From NCBI GenBank assembly GCA_041674285.1, contig JBAYVZ010000003.1, positions 20,606-84,605 of the forward strand: 64,000 nucleotides of DNA. Direction: 5' to 3'. Source of the DNA: Minisyncoccota bacterium (GTDB taxonomy: Bacteria; Patescibacteriota; Minisyncoccia; Phycocordibacterales; UBA9973). Shown in pieces: positions 59,582-64,000 of this stretch. Made by a program: the position numbers and the translations under genes. The notes below the pieces were generated by a model. The model searched no databases. It was given only the letters and a program-made list of their open reading frames with translations, and was not told the origin of the DNA. How positions within the stretch are numbered: the stretch's first letter is position 1; every line of letters starts with the position of its first letter.

Positions 59582-62153
59582 ATTTTATATGTTTGTGTTT
59601 ATTTATAAAGAAGTATTTTGTAAATTCTATCACCCATACATTTACAGCGAGCCATCCAAATAAAATCCACAGATAATCAAATGGAACAGAGATTAATCCA
59701 AATATGTCTTGCCCAGTCTTTGTATAAATTGTCGCAAAGATTAAAATCAATCCTATCAATACGCTAAGATTCAAGCGCCAATTACCAAAAAGATTATATT
59801 CCCAAATATATTTATCCAGATCGATAAACGAATAAGAAATTATCAATATATAAGAGGCAAAACACAAGAAGAATATTGACTGTGCCAATTTAATATCAAA
59901 AATATTTTTTGTTAACAAATAATATAGGACAAAGAGTAGCAAAGAAGACACCGTACCAATACCCAAAGCCATAAATTTAATTTTAAAATCAAATATTTTT
60001 TTATTTTTAGTCCTTAATATATTATTCCTATCATAAGCAAAAGCGATAGCTGGTAGTGTCCCCGTGAGGACATTTACCCATATGATCTGCAATGCAGTCA
60101 GAGGTAGAGCCAGCCCTGCGATAAGTGAACCGGTGATAACAAAGACTTCATCAAGAGAATTCGACATCAAATACACAAAGACCTTTTGTATATTTTTCCT
60201 TATGCCGTGCCCAAGTGCGATTGTATCTACAATAGTTCTAAAGTTATCTTTTAGTAAAATCATATCTGCTGCACTTTTTGCAACTTCACTACCAGAAGAT
60301 AGAGATATCCCTATATCCATTGCTTTTAATGATGGAGAGTCATTCACCCCATCCCCAGTCATAGCCACAATCTCACCGAGCTTTTGATATAACTTGCCTA
60401 TCCTCAATTTATCTTCAGGGGTAACTCTGGCAAATATTTTAATCTTAGGCAATATTTCTAATAAATCTTCATCACTTATATTTTCCAACTGAGAACCGGT
60501 CAAGATCTCGTCCTCGCTCGCATTTATCCCGACTTTTTCCCCTATGAATTTAGCTGTCCCCGGAAGGTCCCCTGTGATCATCTTGACTGCCACACCTCTC
60601 TTTACTATCTCATCGATATCATTTTTTATCCCATCTCTGAGTAAATCCGAGAATACAAAGAGACCTAGTAAATTCAAATCACCCAGATTAGAACCACCAT
60701 CTTCACTCTTTTGAGCTATAGCTACTAATCTTTTACCCTCACTACTCAAAAAGTCTATGTTTTTTAATAATTCTGCTTTATGAGCATCATCAAGATTAGA
60801 ATTATTTATTAAAATATCTGGTGCACCTAGAAATACAAATAAACTATCAGATGATGATACGGAATATTTATTTGTTGAATTAAAAGATGATATGATCTTG
60901 ACGCTATTTATTTTAAAATCTGGGTCAATATTCTGCCCGTCAATAATCCTAGACAAGATCACTTCAAAAGCATTGCCGGAATATTCTATCCCCTTTTCAT
61001 CATTCTTGCGGAGAACAACAGAGAAATTTTTCCTAGCTTTAATTAAAATATTTTTCTGATTATCTGACAAATTGCCTACATCAAATACCGGCATATCACT
61101 AAAATTAAAACCTTTATCTAGAAGTAAAATATTTTCAAGATTGAGCTTGCCCTCAGTCAAAGTCCCTGTTTTATCTGTCAAAATCAAAGTCGTAGACCCT
61201 AGGGTCTCTGCCGCAGATAATTTTCGAATCAATCCTCCTTTTTTTGAAATATTCAAAATTCCAACGGAGAGTATCACCGTGAGGGCGATAGGCAAAGCCT
61301 CCGGCACTGCACCTACAGCTACAGCAGAAGCCAGGACTAGCATTTCAAATATATTCTCTCCTCTATATATACCCAAGATAAATACAAAAGATACTATCAA
61401 AATCGCAACGATCAGTATATACCAAGAAACATTTTTCACCGCAGATTGAACAGGGGTCAATACTTTTTTTGTATTTGCCAATGTGTGTGCTATTTTACCA
61501 ATTTCAGTATTTTCACCTATATGCGTAACAACCCCCACCCCATTTCCATTTGTCACCAAGGTACCACAAAAACAATAATTGCGTCTTTCTGTGATTAGTG
61601 AATCTGTGACTACCCCCTCAATTTTTTCCACGGGTAGAGATTCCCCTGTTAGGATCATCTCATCAGTTTTTAAATTTGTAACTTCGATCAATCTTATATC
61701 GGCAGGGACTCGAGCACCATACTGCAAAACAACGATATCCCCCACAACCAAATCTTCTGCTCCTATCTCTATAATCTCTCCGTCTCTTTTAACTAGGGCT
61801 TTATTTTTAATGAATTTTTTTAAATTCTCGATAGTGTTCTCTGCTCGATACTCTTGATAAGTACTAAGGAGAACATTTATTAGAATAGCGGCCCAGATCA
61901 CTATAGTCTCCATATTTTCCCCTAAATAGACAGTGACGAGGGAGGCAAATATAAGTATAAATATCAATGGATTCAGGAATTGAGTAAAAAATGTACGGAT
62001 CAAGCCATTTTTACTATTTTCTTCAAATATATTCTTACCATATTCTTTTTGTCTGAGTTCTACATCTTTTTCAGAAAGACCAGAAATATCTGTTTTTAAA
62101 TTTTCTAGAACAACTTTTGAATCTAGGTTGTAAAATGAATGTAAATTTTGCAT
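59580..62153 (-). CDS. P-type cation-transporting ATPase (type II)
   Basis: LTGES, VPEALP, DKTGTLT, MITGD, MTGDGVND. Confidence 0.95.
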   Translation of the reverse strand: MQNLHSFYNLDSKVVLENLKTDISGLSEKDVELRQKEYGKNIFEENSKNGLIRTFFTQFLNPLIFILIFASLVTVYLGENMETIVIWAAILINVLLSTYQEYRAENTIENLKKFIKNKALVKRDGEIIEIGAEDLVVGDIVVLQYGARVPADIRLIEVTNLKTDEMILTGESLPVEKIEGVVTDSLITERRNYCFCGTLVTNGNGVGVVTHIGENTEIGKIAHTLANTKKVLTPVQSAVKNVSWYILIVAILIVSFVFILGIYRGENIFEMLVLASAVAVGAVPEALPIALTVILSVGILNISKKGGLIRKLSAAETLGSTTLILTDKTGTLTEGKLNLENILLLDKGFNFSDMPVFDVGNLSDNQKNILIKARKNFSVVLRKNDEKGIEYSGNAFEVILSRIIDGQNIDPDFKINSVKIISSFNSTNKYSVSSSDSLFVFLGAPDILINNSNLDDAHKAELLKNIDFLSSEGKRLVAIAQKSEDGGSNLGDLNLLGLFVFSDLLRDGIKNDIDEIVKRGVAVKMITGDLPGTAKFIGEKVGINASEDEILTGSQLENISDEDLLEILPKIKIFARVTPEDKLRIGKLYQKLGEIVAMTGDGVNDSPSLKAMDIGISLSSGSEVAKSAADMILLKDNFRTIVDTIALGHGIRKNIQKVFVYLMSNSLDEVFVITGSLIAGLALPLTALQIIWVNVLTGTLPAIAFAYDRNNILRTKNKKIFDFKIKFMALGIGTVSSLLLFVLYYLLTKNIFDIKLAQSIFFLCFASYILIISYSFIDLDKYIWEYNLFGNWRLNLSVLIGLILIFATIYTKTGQDIFGLISVPFDYLWILFGWLAVNVWVIEFTKYFFINKHKHIK

Positions 62154-62190
62154 TAGTTTATTATAGCAAAAAACATAGTATAATAGACCT

Positions 62191-62943
62191 ATGGAAATCA
62201 TAATATTAACTATTTTAGTAATCGTACTATTTATCTACTGCCTAAAGATCAAGACGGATAGTGTCGCTGTCGAAAAATCATTCACATCTATCGTGAATCA
62301 CACATTTCGTACACCACTCACCCGTATAAAGTGGATGAGTGACAATCTAAAACCCGAGACTACTCTAGCAGAACAGATGGAAATTGCGAAAAACATATCC
62401 TATTCTACAAATCATCTCCTAGAGATAGTAGATACACTAGCCGGCATCAAAGATCTAAACAATGGATCCGTATATGCTATGAAGACTATATCCCTACGCG
62501 AGATTATCGAGGATGGCATAGCAAAATTCAACAATCCGATAAATGAAAAGAAATTAAAGCTCCAAATTCCAGCATTTAACTCTATCCCCCTATTTACTGC
62601 AGATACAAAAAAGATTTCATTTGCTATTCACGCAGTGCTGGAGAACTCTATCTGGTATTCAAAACCTGAAGGCACTATCTCTATCGAGGCTGGAGTATCG
62701 GGTAGCAGTATCAATCTATCTATACATGATGGTGGTATGGGCATGAACTGGAAAGACCGCCGCAATGTCGGAGACAAATTCTACCGTAGCACCGAAGCAG
62801 TCAAGATGAACACAGACGGAATGGGACTATCACTCTATATGGCCAAAAAGATTATGGAGATGCATGGAGGAAGTATATCTTTCAAATCACACGGTCGTGA
62901 CCGAGGGTCTGTATTCTATATATCGATACCCATCTCAAAATAA
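62191..62943 (+). CDS. Orphan histidine kinase with one TM and no evident sensor domain
   Basis: H-box NHTFRTPLT; N-box LENSIWY; G1 DGGMGM; F KFYR; G2 GMGLSL. Confidence 0.85.
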   Translation: MEIIILTILVIVLFIYCLKIKTDSVAVEKSFTSIVNHTFRTPLTRIKWMSDNLKPETTLAEQMEIAKNISYSTNHLLEIVDTLAGIKDLNNGSVYAMKTISLREIIEDGIAKFNNPINEKKLKLQIPAFNSIPLFTADTKKISFAIHAVLENSIWYSKPEGTISIEAGVSGSSINLSIHDGGMGMNWKDRRNVGDKFYRSTEAVKMNTDGMGLSLYMAKKIMEMHGGSISFKSHGRDRGSVFYISIPISK

Positions 62944-63164
62944 ACACGACACTGTACAAACTGACCTTTTTGGCGTATTATATAGTTATCGAATTTTAAT
63001 AGTTAGAAGAGTGTCTAATTTAAAGTACGGTTTATCTGGTAATTCCCAAAATGATATTTATTTCTATGAACAAAATTTTCCTTTCAATCCCCCGTTTGTA
63101 CAAAAATACCTATATTCTAAAGCGCCTATAAAGCGTAGTATTTTAAAGTGACACAGTCACATTT

Positions 63165-64000
63165 ATGAGTTTAACAGCAATAATCATATCGATTGCCGCC
63201 GCACTAGCTGGGGTAGGTATTGGATATTATTTGCGTCTGATCATCTCTCTTGGACAAAAAGGTTCTATGGACCTTGAGATCAAGCAGATGATGATGGCCG
63301 CAAAAGAAGAAGCACAGAAAGTCGTCGACGAGGCCAAGAAAAAGACCGAGGAGAGAGTAGCTGAGCTTCACGCAGAAGAAAAGAAAAAAGAGGCTGAATG
63401 GAAAGAGACAGAGCGTCGCCTGGTAAAAAAGGATGAGATGCTAGATAGTCGCCAAGCCGAGATTGATAAAGAAGTTGAAAAGATAAAGACAAAAGTAGAA
63501 GAGGTAAAGAAGATCAAAGAGCGTGTCGATGGTATGCAAGAGGAAAAGCAAAAAGAATTGGAAAAGGTGGCTCACCTATCATCCGATGATGCTCGTGAAC
63601 TCCTCATGAAGAATATTGAAGTAAAGTACGAGGAAGATTTGCTAGTCCGCATGCAAAAGATGGAGACTACAAATGCCGAAAAGCTAGATCGTCGTGCAAA
63701 AGATATCCTATCTACATCTATCAACCGCCTTGCAGCTTCAACTGCTAGTGAGATGATGATGACATCAGTAAATATCCCAAATGATGAGATCAAGGGAAAG
63801 ATTATCGGTAAAGAAGGTAGAAATATCCGCGCATTCGAGCGAGCAGCCGGAGTAGAGCTAGTGATAGACGAGACTCCAGGTGCGATAGTCATCTCTTCAT
63901 TTGATCCAGTTCGCAGACAAGTAGCCCGTCTAGCATTGGAGAACCTTATCCTTGATGGCCGAATCCAACCAGCAAAGATCGAGGAAGTAGTAGCCAAAGC
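63165..64000 (+). CDS. rny: Ribonuclease Y (5' part; runs off the window)
   Basis: N-terminal TM, coiled coil, KH motif [17 protein letters not shown]...DETPG...SSFDPVRR...[11 protein letters not shown]. Confidence 0.95.
   Translation, partial: MSLTAIIISIAAALAGVGIGYYLRLIISLGQKGSMDLEIKQMMMAAKEEAQKVVDEAKKKTEERVAELHAEEKKKEAEWKETERRLVKKDEMLDSRQAEIDKEVEKIKTKVEEVKKIKERVDGMQEEKQKELEKVAHLSSDDARELLMKNIEVKYEEDLLVRMQKMETTNAEKLDRRAKDILSTSINRLAASTASEMMMTSVNIPNDEIKGKIIGKEGRNIRAFERAAGVELVIDETPGAIVISSFDPVRRQVARLALENLILDGRIQPAKIEEVVAK

Overview
This is a 64-kb core-genome window from a reduced-genome Patescibacteria (CPR) bacterium, most like Parcubacteria. The lineage call is inferred from gene content: no rpmD, tuf directly upstream of rpsJ, a trigger factor lacking the FKBP domain, archaeal-type pyrH, and CPR-typical ATPase and Cys-rich proteins. 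The genetic code is standard. The window holds a Zn-homeostasis/ECF-sigma block, tRNA-Ile(UAU), ftsH, smpB-tmRNA, a phosphohexomutase, truB, infC-rpmI-rplT, a beta-CASP RNase, a probable 6S RNA, an HD/CYTH/NDK/NUDIX cluster, and the tuf-S10-spc cluster. That cluster is interrupted by a DUF5672 gene and by a 7.9-kb pyrD/pyrE/pyrF/dapD/dapE island. A surface-protein operon, nusA, ppa, a Bacteroidota-like sigma70, tig, clpP, a P-type ATPase, a histidine kinase and the start of rny follow. The most striking unexplained signal is a family of 117-119-bp non-coding elements abutting the start codons of ftsH, secY and the beta-CASP RNase gene. Each has 12-bp terminal inverted repeats (CCYGTTAGA...TCTAACRGG), a second in-frame ATG just upstream, and a bulged hairpin with compensatory base changes that competes with the terminal stem. 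Other oddities are palindromic repeats inserted in-frame in the phosphohexomutase, insertions flanked by duplicated terminators, a four-unit hairpin array before nusA, and an in-frame TAA in tuf. All product calls come from reading motifs by eye; no searches were run.
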